The notes: generated from the sequence alone by a model not told the origin. Positions 9,898 to 20,840 are shown, numbered from the stretch's first letter. The stretch is DNA of 64,000 nt from Arcobacteraceae bacterium (GCA_048268245.1 JBLWVX010000001.1:64001-128000); one strand, 5' to 3'. Translations and numbers: made by a program.

Positions 9898-11451
9898 TTA
9901 AACTTGGTGTTCGTTTTTCTTAGAAAGTCTTTCTTTTTGAGAAAGATAAGAGTTTACACTTCCTAAATAAGCTTTTGCAGTTGCTAACATAGTATCAATG
10001 CTTAATCCATGTCCTACAAATGAAGGTGAATCATCATCAAAACTTACTCTTGTAGTAACTTTAGCAAGTGCATCTTTACCTTCTGTTACAGAAATTACAT
10101 TATAGCTTTCTAAACTTCCATTAATTCCTGTTAATCTATCAATTGTTTTAAAGATTGCATCCATTGTACCTTCACCAATATTTGCATCTTGCATAACTGA
10201 ATCATTATGTTTAATTGAAACAGCAGCCATTGGCATACCATTTGAGCAATCAGAGATTTGTAAACCAACTAATTCATAAATTTTACCACTATTTAATGAC
10301 TCATCAGTAATTAACATTCTTATATCATCATCTGTTACATCTTTTTTCTTATCAGCTAAGATTTTGAATCTTTCAAATGCAGCGTTTAATTCTTCGTCAC
10401 TTACTTTATCAAAACCTAAATGCTCAATTTTATCTCTAAACGCAGCTCTTCCTGAATGTTTACCTAAAATTAAAGTAGAGTCTTTAAATACTCCAACATC
10501 TTCTGGCTTCATAATTTCATATGTTTCTTGGTGTTTTAATACACCATCTTGGTGAATACCACTTTCATGAGCAAAAGCATTTTTACCAACAATTGCTTTA
10601 TTTTGTTGTGGTTCAACACCTGTAATAGTGGCAACTAATCTTGAAGTTGGGTAGATTTCAGGTGTATTGATACTTGTATATAATTCACCAAAAGCATCTT
10701 TTCTAGTTTTAATAGCCATCACAGCTTCTTCTAAAGATGAGTTACCAGCTCTTTCACCTAAACCATTGATTGTTACTTCAATTTGTCTAGCACCATTTGT
10801 AACTGCTGCTAAAGTATTTGCTGTTGCTAAACCTAAGTCATTATGATTATGAACAGAGATTCTAGCTCTATCTCCAGCAAATTCAGATAATTCTTTTACC
10901 ATTGCACCTAATTCATTTGGTAATCTATAACCAACTGTATCAGGTAAGTTAATAGTTGAAGCACCTGCATTTATAACTGCATCCATAACTTCTTTCATAA
11001 ATGGAATCTCAGATCTTCCAGCATCTTCTAATGAAAATTCAACATCTTCAACAAATGTTCTAGCATATTCTACTGCATGAACTGCTCTTTTTATAACTTC
11101 ATCAGGACTCATTTTTAACTTATATTGCATATGAATTGGAGAAGTAGCAATAAAAGTATGTATTCTATGTAATGGAGCTTTTGAAACTGCTAAACCAGAT
11201 TGTTTAATATCATTCTCAATTGCTCTACTTAAAGAACAAATTGAAGAATTTTTAACTTGTTCTGCAATTCTAGAAACTGCATCAAAATCACCAGGACTTG
11301 CAGCAGCAAAACCAGCTTCAATAACATCAACACCTAACTTTTCTAACTGTAATGCAACTTTTATTTTCTCTTCTGTATTCATAGAACAACCAGGAGATTG
11401 CTCACCATCTCTTAATGTAGTATCAAAAACTATAATTTTATTTTTATCCAT
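9898..11451 (-). CDS. leuA: 2-isopropylmalate synthase
   Basis: [50 protein letters not shown]-terminal regulatory domain. Confidence 0.97.
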   Translation of the reverse strand: MDKNKIIVFDTTLRDGEQSPGCSMNTEEKIKVALQLEKLGVDVIEAGFAAASPGDFDAVSRIAEQVKNSSICSLSRAIENDIKQSGLAVSKAPLHRIHTFIATSPIHMQYKLKMSPDEVIKRAVHAVEYARTFVEDVEFSLEDAGRSEIPFMKEVMDAVINAGASTINLPDTVGYRLPNELGAMVKELSEFAGDRARISVHNHNDLGLATANTLAAVTNGARQIEVTINGLGERAGNSSLEEAVMAIKTRKDAFGELYTSINTPEIYPTSRLVATITGVEPQQNKAIVGKNAFAHESGIHQDGVLKHQETYEIMKPEDVGVFKDSTLILGKHSGRAAFRDKIEHLGFDKVSDEELNAAFERFKILADKKKDVTDDDIRMLITDESLNSGKIYELVGLQISDCSNGMPMAAVSIKHNDSVMQDANIGEGTMDAIFKTIDRLTGINGSLESYNVISVTEGKDALAKVTTRVSFDDDSPSFVGHGLSIDTMLATAKAYLGSVNSYLSQKERLSKKNEHQV

Positions 11452-11564
11452 TGTGTGTACCCTTTAAAATATACAATATTATATCTTTTTTTATTTTATA
11501 AAAAAGAAAACTATAACGATTTATTTTATATTTGATTTAAATATGTAAAGTCTAATTTTAGTAA

Positions 11565-11642
11565 TTAGAGAGAGATTTTAAGTAGAAGAAGAGAGTTAAC
11601 ACTTTTTATAAATTGATTGTTGTAAAAATCAAAAATTTTCAT
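11565..11642 (-). CDS. Putative leu leader peptide MKIFDFYNNQFIKSVNSLLLLKISL
   Basis: SD AGGAG just upstream of ATG; CTT CTT CTA CTT Leu run; lies between a near-consensus promoter and leuA. Confidence 0.8.
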   Translation of the reverse strand: MKIFDFYNNQFIKSVNSLLLLKISL

Positions 11643-11671
11643 TTTCTCTCCTGAATAAATTAATTAGCTTA

Positions 11672-11700
11672 AGTATAATTAATAAAATTAAATTTGTCAA
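11672..11700 (-). promoter_or_regulatory. Sigma70-type promoter of the leader/leuA transcript
   Basis: Minus strand TTGACA (11700-11695), 17-nt spacer, TATACT (11677-11672). Confidence 0.75.
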
Positions 11701-11702
11701 GA

Positions 11703-12983
11703 CTATTTTGATTTATTTGATAAATATACTTGATTCCTTCCATTTACTTTTGCTTTATATAGTGCTTTATCAGAAGATTTATATAATTCTTCTTCATTAT
11801 CTATATATTTTGAGTTTTGAACTATAAGACCTGCTGATATTGTTACATATTCACTAGCAGAATTAGCTGAGTGTTTAATTTTAAGGTTTTCAATATTTTT
11901 TATAATTCGTTTTGCATAACTCATTGAATCTTCTATATCTAAAGCTGAAAATATTATACAAAACTCTTCTCCACCAACTCTAAATACATAATCAGTTGCT
12001 CTTGATGTTGATTCTTTTAAAGCCTTTGCAACTTGTTTTAATATTTCATCACCTTTTGGATGTCCATAAGTATCATTATACTTTTTAAAGTAATCAATAT
12101 CTAAAGACAGAAGGCTTAAACTAATACCTTCTCTTTTTACTCTTCTTATTTCTTTTCCAAGAATTTCATTAAAATGTCTTCTATTATAAAGCTTTGTTAA
12201 ATCATCTTCAATTGATAAAAGTTCTAATTTCTTAGCATTTGTGATATCTTCTCTAATAGCTATAAAATTTACTATTTCACCATCATTAAAAACAGGAGTG
12301 ATAGTCAAATTTGCCCAGTAAATCTCTCCATCTTTTTTTCTATTTTTAATTTCTGAAGTGAAAACTTTTCCTGAAGATATTTGACTCCACATATTTTTAT
12401 AAAATTCATCTGGAGTGTCTTCATGTATTAATAATGAATGCTTATTTCCTATAAGTTCTGTTTTATTATAACCTATGAAATTTGTAAATGCTGTACTAGC
12501 ATCAATAATCACTCCATCTTTATCTGTAATAGATAATAAAACATTTTCATCAACTATTTCTAGTAAATTATCTTTTTCAAAAAGTTGATCTCTTAAATGA
12601 GTAGTTAAAAAACAATCTTGTATATCATATATCAACTGCATCAAATCAATAGGTTTTATTACAAATTTATTTACTTGAAGTTCTATTGCTTTTAGAAAAT
12701 AGTCTAAATCAGAATATGCTGTAGTTACAATAACAGGTACACTCTTTTTGTTAATCTTTTTTAGCATATCAATACCATTCATTTTTGGCATTTGAATATC
12801 AGTGATTATTAAATCAGGGTTTATTTCATGAAAAAGTTCATACCCCTCTTCTCCATTTTTAGCAGTATGAAAGTTAGGTATATTTCTACTTAAAAAATAT
12901 GTTACTTCTTCTCTAATCATATCTTCATCTTCAACATAAAGTACAATAAGGTTTAAAAGTAATTCTTTATTTATTTTTTTCAT
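11703..12983 (-). CDS. REC-PAS-GGDEF diguanylate cyclase
   Basis: Receiver (VEDE, TDIQMP, KP), PAS/PAC, DDLTKLYNRR, DIDYFKKYND, RATD I-site, GGEEF. Confidence 0.93.
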   Translation of the reverse strand: MKKINKELLLNLIVLYVEDEDMIREEVTYFLSRNIPNFHTAKNGEEGYELFHEINPDLIITDIQMPKMNGIDMLKKINKKSVPVIVTTAYSDLDYFLKAIELQVNKFVIKPIDLMQLIYDIQDCFLTTHLRDQLFEKDNLLEIVDENVLLSITDKDGVIIDASTAFTNFIGYNKTELIGNKHSLLIHEDTPDEFYKNMWSQISSGKVFTSEIKNRKKDGEIYWANLTITPVFNDGEIVNFIAIREDITNAKKLELLSIEDDLTKLYNRRHFNEILGKEIRRVKREGISLSLLSLDIDYFKKYNDTYGHPKGDEILKQVAKALKESTSRATDYVFRVGGEEFCIIFSALDIEDSMSYAKRIIKNIENLKIKHSANSASEYVTISAGLIVQNSKYIDNEEELYKSSDKALYKAKVNGRNQVYLSNKSK

Positions 12984-13065
12984 CTTGTAATTGTTATACC
13001 TAGTTATTTTTTTAATTCTAACATTAATAATATTAAAGTTATATATATTTATACTATTTCAAAGC

Positions 13066-15630
13066 TTAAATGTAAAATATAATATTTACACATAATCCCT
13101 TCTTATAATTAAAGGCTTCAATTTTACCCTTCATATTCTTCTCAATGATTGTTTTTACCATATAAAGACCTATTCCTGTGCCTTTACCTTCTTCTTTGGT
13201 TGTAAAATAAGGCTCAAATATTTTTGGTAATATTTTATCCTTTACTCCAGTTGCATTATCAATAAAACTAATTACACATTCATTATTTTTTATTTCTGTT
13301 TTTATTATTATTTTTTTATCTTCAATTTTTTTCTCTATTAATGCATCTTTTGAATTGTTTAAAATATTTAATACTGATTGCTCAAATTCATTTTTAAATC
13401 CATTAATTTTGAAACTGTTGGCATCAAATTTTCTTTCTATTTCTATTTCATTATGCGAAAAAGTTGCCTCAACTAAAGAAATAGCTTCTTCAATTGATTT
13501 TTGTAAATTAAAATCTGCTTTTAATTTATTTGGTTTTACAAAATCTCTAAAATCATCTATAGTTTTTGACATATTAGATGTTAAAAGATTAGCTTTACTT
13601 ACAGACTTATCTAAATAGTCTTTATCTAAATCATCCATTTCATATGCAAACTTTATATTTTGAATTACTAAACTTAATGCATTTAAAGGTTGTCTCCATT
13701 GATGTGCTATGTTTGAAATCATTTCACCCATTGAAGCTAGCTTAGATTGATGAATTAATAGCTGTTCTTGTTTTCTTTGTTTTTTTATTTCTTCATCAAC
13801 TCTACTTTCCAAAGATTTATTTAATTTTTTGTATTTATTTAAAATTTTTTCAAGCTTTGAAGCCATATCATTAAATGAGTGTTCAAGTTTACCTATCTCA
13901 TCATTTGAAGTAACTTCAATTCGATAAGAAAAATCATTGTTTGAAAACATTTTTGTTCCAAGTAATAAGTTTTCAATTTTTCTACTTATATATGAAGATA
14001 AATATAAAGCAACAATTATTACTAATAAAACCATAACGATAGTAACAAATGTCAATTCATTTATTAAAGAATCAATAAATTTAATAATTTCAAATTCATT
14101 CTGCTTTACTACTTTTTCCATATTATTAGTTTGCTTAACTAATATCTCTTCAATATTCTTTTTTGCTTGATTAGCTGCTTCATGGAATTCATTTACATTT
14201 GCACCAATAGTTACAAAACCAAAACCTCTTTTATTGTCTTTATATTGTCCAGTATAGTATGGAATAGCTGCTGCTGTAGTTAATTTCCAAACTTTACTCC
14301 AATAAATTAAAAAAGATCCATAACCACCATTTTGAGTTAATTGCATCCATCCTGTACACTGTGGTGCAAAATTTAAATATCTACAATCTAATCCTACATT
14401 TCCATCGTGTAATAATTGTTCGATATTTGGTTTATTTTTTAAAGACTGATTATTAAAAGTTGAATATTGGGCTAAAAACTGCGTAAAGTTCTTACCAGAC
14501 TTTTGAAGTTCTTCTTCTAAAGCCTTACTTAACCAAGGTTTTTCATACTTACCTGTATCTTTATTAAAACCAACTATAAAGTAATCTCTTGGATGAGAAA
14601 TACTTCTTCCTTTATTATCCCACATAAAAGCATAATTTCCTACACTCGCATCAGCTATATCTTGAGTAGCTTGATTTGAAGTAGGATTAAGTGTATCAGT
14701 AAATTGCATAATGTGTTCATGATCCAATGCTAAAGATAAATAACCTACTTTTTTAGTACCCTTATAAATAGGTGTTATAAATCTAATAATCCCTTCAAAC
14801 TTTTTACCTAAAGGATTTTCTTTTCCTGCATAAGCATGTTTAGTTGGATCAAAATCTAAATTTTGTTTATTAGCTTTTTGTTTTGTAAATGTTCCAATTA
14901 CATTACTACTTACATACTCTCCAATAACATTAGAAACATAAATTTCACCTTTTTTTAATGAGTCAAGATCTTTAAAATAATTTTCCGAATTTACATATGT
15001 ATTTTTCTTTTTTGAAATATTAAGTAGAGTTTTGTTTATTGAAGAAACTTTATATTTTTCTATTCCATTTAAGTCAAAAAAAGAAACCTCTTTATAAATA
15101 GGAATTAATTCTTTGTTAAATTCTTTTAAATATGTATAGTTAAACTCTCTTTTATTATCTTCTAATATATTTTCTATTTTAGGTGTTTTTTGTTTACTTA
15201 CTTCTTTTTGAATCCAAGTATTTGATTTGTCATCATATATATATTCACCATGACTAATGATATATCTATTCTTACTTTCATAAAACTTTTCTAATATATT
15301 TTGATTTATATCTAATTTGGATAAGAAAAGTAAATCTTCATCCCTTTCATATAAAAATTGTGCAACTTTTTGTGATATTTCAAGAGATAGTCTCTCTAAA
15401 GATAATTGTGATTTCTTATCTAGATTCTTTATACTATCATCAATAGACTGATCTGCTGTTTGCATAATAATCTCTTTACTTTGAGAGAAAACATAATCCG
15501 TACTATTTTTAAGATATACATCTAACTTTAAAGCACCATTATAAGCTATATACGATATTAACAATAAAGGTATTATCTTAATTAAAATAAAGATTACAAT
15601 AAGTTTAATTTTTATACTCAAACTATTCAT
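13066..15630 (-). CDS. Membrane sensor histidine kinase with large extracytoplasmic (Cache-like) domain and HAMP
   Basis: Two TM segments, HAMP (DEIGKLEHSFNDM), H-box IAHQWRQPL, FEPYFTTK and GTGIGL. Confidence 0.92.
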   Translation of the reverse strand: MNSLSIKIKLIVIFILIKIIPLLLISYIAYNGALKLDVYLKNSTDYVFSQSKEIIMQTADQSIDDSIKNLDKKSQLSLERLSLEISQKVAQFLYERDEDLLFLSKLDINQNILEKFYESKNRYIISHGEYIYDDKSNTWIQKEVSKQKTPKIENILEDNKREFNYTYLKEFNKELIPIYKEVSFFDLNGIEKYKVSSINKTLLNISKKKNTYVNSENYFKDLDSLKKGEIYVSNVIGEYVSSNVIGTFTKQKANKQNLDFDPTKHAYAGKENPLGKKFEGIIRFITPIYKGTKKVGYLSLALDHEHIMQFTDTLNPTSNQATQDIADASVGNYAFMWDNKGRSISHPRDYFIVGFNKDTGKYEKPWLSKALEEELQKSGKNFTQFLAQYSTFNNQSLKNKPNIEQLLHDGNVGLDCRYLNFAPQCTGWMQLTQNGGYGSFLIYWSKVWKLTTAAAIPYYTGQYKDNKRGFGFVTIGANVNEFHEAANQAKKNIEEILVKQTNNMEKVVKQNEFEIIKFIDSLINELTFVTIVMVLLVIIVALYLSSYISRKIENLLLGTKMFSNNDFSYRIEVTSNDEIGKLEHSFNDMASKLEKILNKYKKLNKSLESRVDEEIKKQRKQEQLLIHQSKLASMGEMISNIAHQWRQPLNALSLVIQNIKFAYEMDDLDKDYLDKSVSKANLLTSNMSKTIDDFRDFVKPNKLKADFNLQKSIEEAISLVEATFSHNEIEIERKFDANSFKINGFKNEFEQSVLNILNNSKDALIEKKIEDKKIIIKTEIKNNECVISFIDNATGVKDKILPKIFEPYFTTKEEGKGTGIGLYMVKTIIEKNMKGKIEAFNYKKGLCVNIIFYI

Positions 15631-16525
15631 TAATTTTTAATTCCTTGCTTGAAGTATTAACTATTTCTTCTAGATATGATAAACTTTCATTATCTAATAT
15701 ATTCTTTTTTAAAATCTCTTTTGCAAGGTAGTTAATTTTATTTAATTTTATTTCATTTAGATCATTAAAAATAAAAACACTTTTATTTATTATTTCAAAA
15801 TGTTTATAATTTACAACAAATTGTTTATTAAAATAGTCTTTAAAAGTAGGATTTTTAAAAGATATAACATGTTGTTCTTTAGAGCTATTTTTTATATACT
15901 CAATCCAATTAACATTTTCATCTTCTATTTCTTCAATCTCAAAAAGGTCTTCACAACTTTTAATTTGACTTTGAAATGATTGTATATCATTACAACCTAA
16001 TAAATCTAAAAAGTAATCATTTGCATGTTCAATTTTTTCACTATGCATAATAAACATAAATGTTGGATTTGAATTTAGAATAAATTCAACATACTCATCG
16101 TAATATTCTAAATGTTTTTTCGTTTTTAAATTCAAGGATTTTTGAATAACAGCAAACATTTCTTTTATATTTATTGGCTTTAATATATATTTATCAATAC
16201 CTAATTCTATAGCTTTTAATATATAGTTCCCTTCACTAAAAGCAGTTGTTAGAGCAATTGGTGTCGATGGACTAATTTTAAGTATCTCTTCACTCATAGT
16301 AAGACCATTCATAATAGGCATTTGAACATCAGTTATAACCATATCAGGTCTATATTTTTTAAACAACTCTAATCCCTCTTGTCCATTTTTTGCTACATAG
16401 AATTTATTTATATATTTACGAAAGAAAAAAGAAACTTCATCTGATGTTATTGAGTCATCTTCTACATATAATATACTTATATTATTAAACAATTTTTTAT
16501 CAATTTTTTCCATTTTAATCTTCAT
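15623..16525 (-). CDS. Response regulator (REC plus PAS-like C-terminal domain)
   Basis: LYVEDD, TDVQMP, KP; no recognisable DNA-binding output; start may be 16513. Confidence 0.85.
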   Translation of the reverse strand: MKIKMEKIDKKLFNNISILYVEDDSITSDEVSFFFRKYINKFYVAKNGQEGLELFKKYRPDMVITDVQMPIMNGLTMSEEILKISPSTPIALTTAFSEGNYILKAIELGIDKYILKPINIKEMFAVIQKSLNLKTKKHLEYYDEYVEFILNSNPTFMFIMHSEKIEHANDYFLDLLGCNDIQSFQSQIKSCEDLFEIEEIEDENVNWIEYIKNSSKEQHVISFKNPTFKDYFNKQFVVNYKHFEIINKSVFIFNDLNEIKLNKINYLAKEILKKNILDNESLSYLEEIVNTSSKELKINE

Positions 16526-18335
16526 ACCTCTCTTTTATTTCAAGGAATTCGTCCAAATTACTCATAAATAATTCAATAAATTCTGGATCAAAATGTTTTC
16601 CTTTTTGTTCTTCAAAAAGATTTAAAATATCTTTTAAAGGCCAAGCTTGTTTATATACTCTTTTACTTCCTAAAGCATCAAAAACATCTGCTATTGCTGT
16701 AATCCTACCAAATATATGAATATCATCACCCTTCAGACCATTTGGGTAACCTGTACCATCCCACTTTTCATGATGAGTTAAAGAAATAATTGCTGCTGCT
16801 TGTAAAATTGGTCTAGAAGAACTTTCTAAGATATTATGACCAAGAGAAGCATGAGTTCTCATAATATCCAACTCTTTTTCATCTAATTTATCTGGTTTAT
16901 TTAAAATACTATCTGGAATTCCAATTTTTCCAATATCATGCATAGGTGAAGCTGTGTAAATTCTATTTACTTCGTCCTCATTTAAACCTAATTTTTTAGC
17001 TAAAAGTTTAGAGTATAATGCAACTCTTTTTACGTGGTTACCTGTTTCTTTACTTCTTGTTTCTCCAACTTCTCCAAGTCTATATATAAGTTCTCTTTGA
17101 GTATCTTCTAGTTCTTTATGAAGATTCTCAATTTTTGTAATATCATGTCTTATTCCCATATATTCATAAATTTCACCATCCGCATTTTTAAGGGGCACTA
17201 CATATGTATTACAATGAAAGTTTTTACCATCTTTGCCAATATTAGATACTTTTCCTTTCCATATTTTACCTTTTTGTAAAGTATCAAACATTTCATTAAG
17301 GAAACTCTCATACTCTTTTTCACTAGTGTCTGGGCTTTTTAATATAGTATAATCTTTTCCTTCCAAATCACTTTTCTCATATTTACTTACTCTACAAAAA
17401 GCTTCATTTACTGATTTTATCTTTCTATCTTTATCAATTTTTATAATCATGTTTGAATTATCAATTGCTTCTTGATAAGTTTTTGCAATACTTATTGATT
17501 CTTTTAAACTTTTTGTTGTTTTATAGTTCTCATTTTGAAAGTACTCTTTAGAACGTTCAAGCTCAGTTATATCACTTCTTAAAGCAATAAACTCTTGAAT
17601 ATTCCCATCTAAATCTAAAATAGGTTTTATAATAGTATCAACTATATAATAATCCCCATTTTTCTTTTTATTTTTAATTTTTCCAGTCCAAACTTTTTTA
17701 TTTAAAATAGTTGCCCATAACTCTTCAAAAAGTTCATCACTAGTATCCGTATGTCTTATAATATTATGAGATTTTCCTAAAACTTCATCTCGAGTAAAGC
17801 CTGAAATTTCTTCAAAAGGTTTGTTTACATAAGTGATATTTCCATTGATATCAGCTTTTGAAACTATAGTCTTTTCATCAACTACACTTTTATATTGTTC
17901 AAAAGTATTAATCAATTCTTGATTTTTATTCTTTAGATATAAATCATTTGCACTTTCAACCATAATATTTAATAATTTCATTAAATCAAGAGGTTTTGTA
18001 AGATAACTTTTTAAATTTAGATTTATTGCTTCAAGTAAATAATCACTATCATTAAATGCTGTAATTACAATAATTCTAGCGTCTTTGTTCATCGCTTTGA
18101 TTTGCTCACTCATTTTAATACCATCAAGTCTTGGCATTTGTATATCTGTTATGATTAAATCAACTTTATTTTCTTTATAGAGTTCTAATCCCTCTTGACC
18201 ATCTCGTCCTACGATTAGTTTTTTAACTCGTCGCTCTAGAAAAAAAACTATTTCTTCCCTTATTTTTTCATCATCTTCAACATATAGAACTACAAGCTCT
18301 TTTAAATATTCTAATTGCTTTTTAATTTCACTCAT
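16515..18335 (-). CDS. REC-PAS-PAS-HD-GYP c-di-GMP phosphodiesterase
   Basis: Receiver, two PAS/PAC domains, ETGNHVKRV, MHDIGK, HHEKWDGTGYP. Confidence 0.93.
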   Translation of the reverse strand: MSEIKKQLEYLKELVVLYVEDDEKIREEIVFFLERRVKKLIVGRDGQEGLELYKENKVDLIITDIQMPRLDGIKMSEQIKAMNKDARIIVITAFNDSDYLLEAINLNLKSYLTKPLDLMKLLNIMVESANDLYLKNKNQELINTFEQYKSVVDEKTIVSKADINGNITYVNKPFEEISGFTRDEVLGKSHNIIRHTDTSDELFEELWATILNKKVWTGKIKNKKKNGDYYIVDTIIKPILDLDGNIQEFIALRSDITELERSKEYFQNENYKTTKSLKESISIAKTYQEAIDNSNMIIKIDKDRKIKSVNEAFCRVSKYEKSDLEGKDYTILKSPDTSEKEYESFLNEMFDTLQKGKIWKGKVSNIGKDGKNFHCNTYVVPLKNADGEIYEYMGIRHDITKIENLHKELEDTQRELIYRLGEVGETRSKETGNHVKRVALYSKLLAKKLGLNEDEVNRIYTASPMHDIGKIGIPDSILNKPDKLDEKELDIMRTHASLGHNILESSSRPILQAAAIISLTHHEKWDGTGYPNGLKGDDIHIFGRITAIADVFDALGSKRVYKQAWPLKDILNLFEEQKGKHFDPEFIELFMSNLDEFLEIKERYED

Positions 18336-19879
18336 TTATCTGCCTTAAATAAAGGTATGCTTATTGTAAAAGTAGCTCCATCATCTTCATTTTTAACTTC
18401 TAATTTTCCATCCATATTTTGCTCAACTATAATTTTAGACATATAAAGACCAATACCTGTTCCTTTTCCCTCTTCTTTAGTGGTAAAATATGGATTAAAT
18501 ATTTTTTCAATAATGTCAGTAGAAACACCACCTGCATTATCATGAATAATCACTTTTCCAAACCTATCATCTTTTGATAAAGATATCCTTACTATTCCTT
18601 TACTTATATTATTTTCAACAATTGCATCTTTTGCATTATTTAATACATTAAGTATAGTTTGTGAAAATTCATTATCAAAACCATATACATCAATATCAAC
18701 AAAATCTTCATGTATTATATTAATTTCATGATAACTAAATGCAGACTCAACTAATAAGCTTGATTTTAAAACTAAGTCTTTTAGATTAAATTGTAACTTC
18801 TCTTTTGTTGGCTTAAAGAAGTTTCTAAAATCATCAATAGTTTTTGACATACTTTTTGTTAAAGTATTTACCTTATCAATTGATCTTTGCATAAATTCAT
18901 CATCTAACTCATCTATTTGATAAGAGAATTGTATATTTTGCATTACTAAACCTAAAGCATTTAAAGGCTGTCTCCATTGATGTGCAATATTTCCAATCAT
19001 TTCACCCATAGCAGCAAGTTTTGATTGTTGTATTAGAATTTGTTCTTGTTCTTTTTGTTTAGAAATTTCTTCTTTAACTCTATCTTCTAAGGTATCATTT
19101 AAAGCTCTTAACTCTTTTGTTCTTTCATAAACTCTCAATTCAAGTTCATCATGTGACTTTTTTAATTTATATTGAGATAACTCAAGATTATCAACCATAT
19201 TATTAAAACTTTTTGCTAATCTTCCTATTTCATCAGATGAATTAACTTCTGCTCTTTTTGTCAAATCTCCATTTGAAATTTCTTCAGATACTGCTTCAAG
19301 ATTTACTATAGGTCTACTTACCATCTTTGCAATGAAATAAGAAACAAAAAAGGCTACAATAACCATTGTAATAGCTAAGTAAAAAAACTGTGTGTACATA
19401 GTATCAAGTTTATTATAATACTCATCAAGTGATAATTCTAAATCAATCCAACCCCATTTTATTCCTGATAATATTACAGGATATCTATAAAAGTATGTCG
19501 CTTTTTGAGCATATTTTGAGTAAGTAATTTTTGAGTCACTCTTAAAGTTAAAATCTTTATTTTCTGTTGGTTGCACACTCCATTTAGACTTAGTAATAAT
19601 TAAACTATTTCCATTTTTTCTACTAATAATAAAAGAATGAAGATTATTTGACGTTTGAATGTAATTGTATGAGAATTCCAAAAGTTTAATTTCATCATCA
19701 ATTATCATAAAATCAGTATTTACATATGTAATAGAAGAGGCAATACTTTTAGCTTGAGTGTCAAGACTATCTAAAATAGATTTCTTTTGTAGTTCAATAG
19801 CTTTATAAGAGAATACTGCTAAAACTGCAAAAATAGAAGTAAATATAAGAATAAATACTTTAGTTATAATACTTTTCAT
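18332..19879 (-). CDS. HAMP sensor histidine kinase
   Basis: Two TM segments, DEIGRLAKSFNNM, IAHQWRQPL, DNAGG, GTGIGL. Confidence 0.93.
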   Translation of the reverse strand: MKSIITKVFILIFTSIFAVLAVFSYKAIELQKKSILDSLDTQAKSIASSITYVNTDFMIIDDEIKLLEFSYNYIQTSNNLHSFIISRKNGNSLIITKSKWSVQPTENKDFNFKSDSKITYSKYAQKATYFYRYPVILSGIKWGWIDLELSLDEYYNKLDTMYTQFFYLAITMVIVAFFVSYFIAKMVSRPIVNLEAVSEEISNGDLTKRAEVNSSDEIGRLAKSFNNMVDNLELSQYKLKKSHDELELRVYERTKELRALNDTLEDRVKEEISKQKEQEQILIQQSKLAAMGEMIGNIAHQWRQPLNALGLVMQNIQFSYQIDELDDEFMQRSIDKVNTLTKSMSKTIDDFRNFFKPTKEKLQFNLKDLVLKSSLLVESAFSYHEINIIHEDFVDIDVYGFDNEFSQTILNVLNNAKDAIVENNISKGIVRISLSKDDRFGKVIIHDNAGGVSTDIIEKIFNPYFTTKEEGKGTGIGLYMSKIIVEQNMDGKLEVKNEDDGATFTISIPLFKADK

Positions 19880-20787
19880 TCATATCTCTTTTTTAATTTT
19901 AAGTATTCATTATAATAGTTTTCTAAATCAACTAATGACTCTTCATTTATCTTGATAACCTTTTTAAACTTTAAAAGATCTATAACTTGACTACTTCCTC
20001 TTAAATCTTCTAAGTTAGCACTTAACTCAAAAAAAGCATCTATAGATCTTTTGTCTGTATACTTTGAAAAAAAGCCAATAAAAGGAAGATGTTTTTCTTT
20101 TGTTTCATCAATTATTTTAATTTTATTCTTAATTGATGGATTTAATTCATTCATTGTATCCCAAGTTCTTTTTGAGATAAGTGCTAAATCTCTTTTTTTA
20201 AAAAAAACATTAAGAAGTGCTGTTGACTCTTTCAACACTGGATGTATTTCTTTAAAAACATTTGTATAAGTGGTTTTAAATAGCTTTAAAGCATTTTTAT
20301 CTAGCCATACATTTCCTACTGTATCATTTGTAGCAAGACTAATTGTTTTACCTTTAACATCTCTAAAGCTATTTATATTGCTATTTTTTGAAGTAATTAA
20401 GTAATATTTTACATATCTATCTTCACTCATTGCTATTGACCATAACTCAACAGACTCGTTATCAATCTTTACTTTATTTTCAAAATAGTAAGGTAAATTT
20501 AAAACAATCATATCAACTTTTTGATTTTTAAAATCCTCATACAAAGTATCACTATTATCATAGAATTTTAAAGTTAAATCACCTCCATATGATAAGGCAA
20601 TATCTTCAAGCCATACTTTCACTGCTACTCTAGCATCCTTAAATCTATTTAAAATAGTTCCTGTTTGAAGAAAACCAAAGGTTGAAGAAAATTCATATGT
20701 TTTACTATTTGTTTCAGAGCTATTATTTGCTAACAAATTACTATTTAACAATAAAATGACAATAAAAAAGTTTAAGAGTAGTTTCAT
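19876..20787 (-). CDS. Periplasmic substrate-binding-fold protein (PhnD/phosphonate-binding-like)
   Basis: Signal peptide, SFRDVKGKTI and ALLNVFF..DLALI patterns; ATGA overlap with the downstream kinase. Confidence 0.65.
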   Translation of the reverse strand: MKLLLNFFIVILLLNSNLLANNSSETNSKTYEFSSTFGFLQTGTILNRFKDARVAVKVWLEDIALSYGGDLTLKFYDNSDTLYEDFKNQKVDMIVLNLPYYFENKVKIDNESVELWSIAMSEDRYVKYYLITSKNSNINSFRDVKGKTISLATNDTVGNVWLDKNALKLFKTTYTNVFKEIHPVLKESTALLNVFFKKRDLALISKRTWDTMNELNPSIKNKIKIIDETKEKHLPFIGFFSKYTDKRSIDAFFELSANLEDLRGSSQVIDLLKFKKVIKINEESLVDLENYYNEYLKLKKRYE

Positions 20788-20840
20788 AAGTTATCCATAA
20801 TGATATATTATTTGTTATATTATAGTATATATTATAGTAT

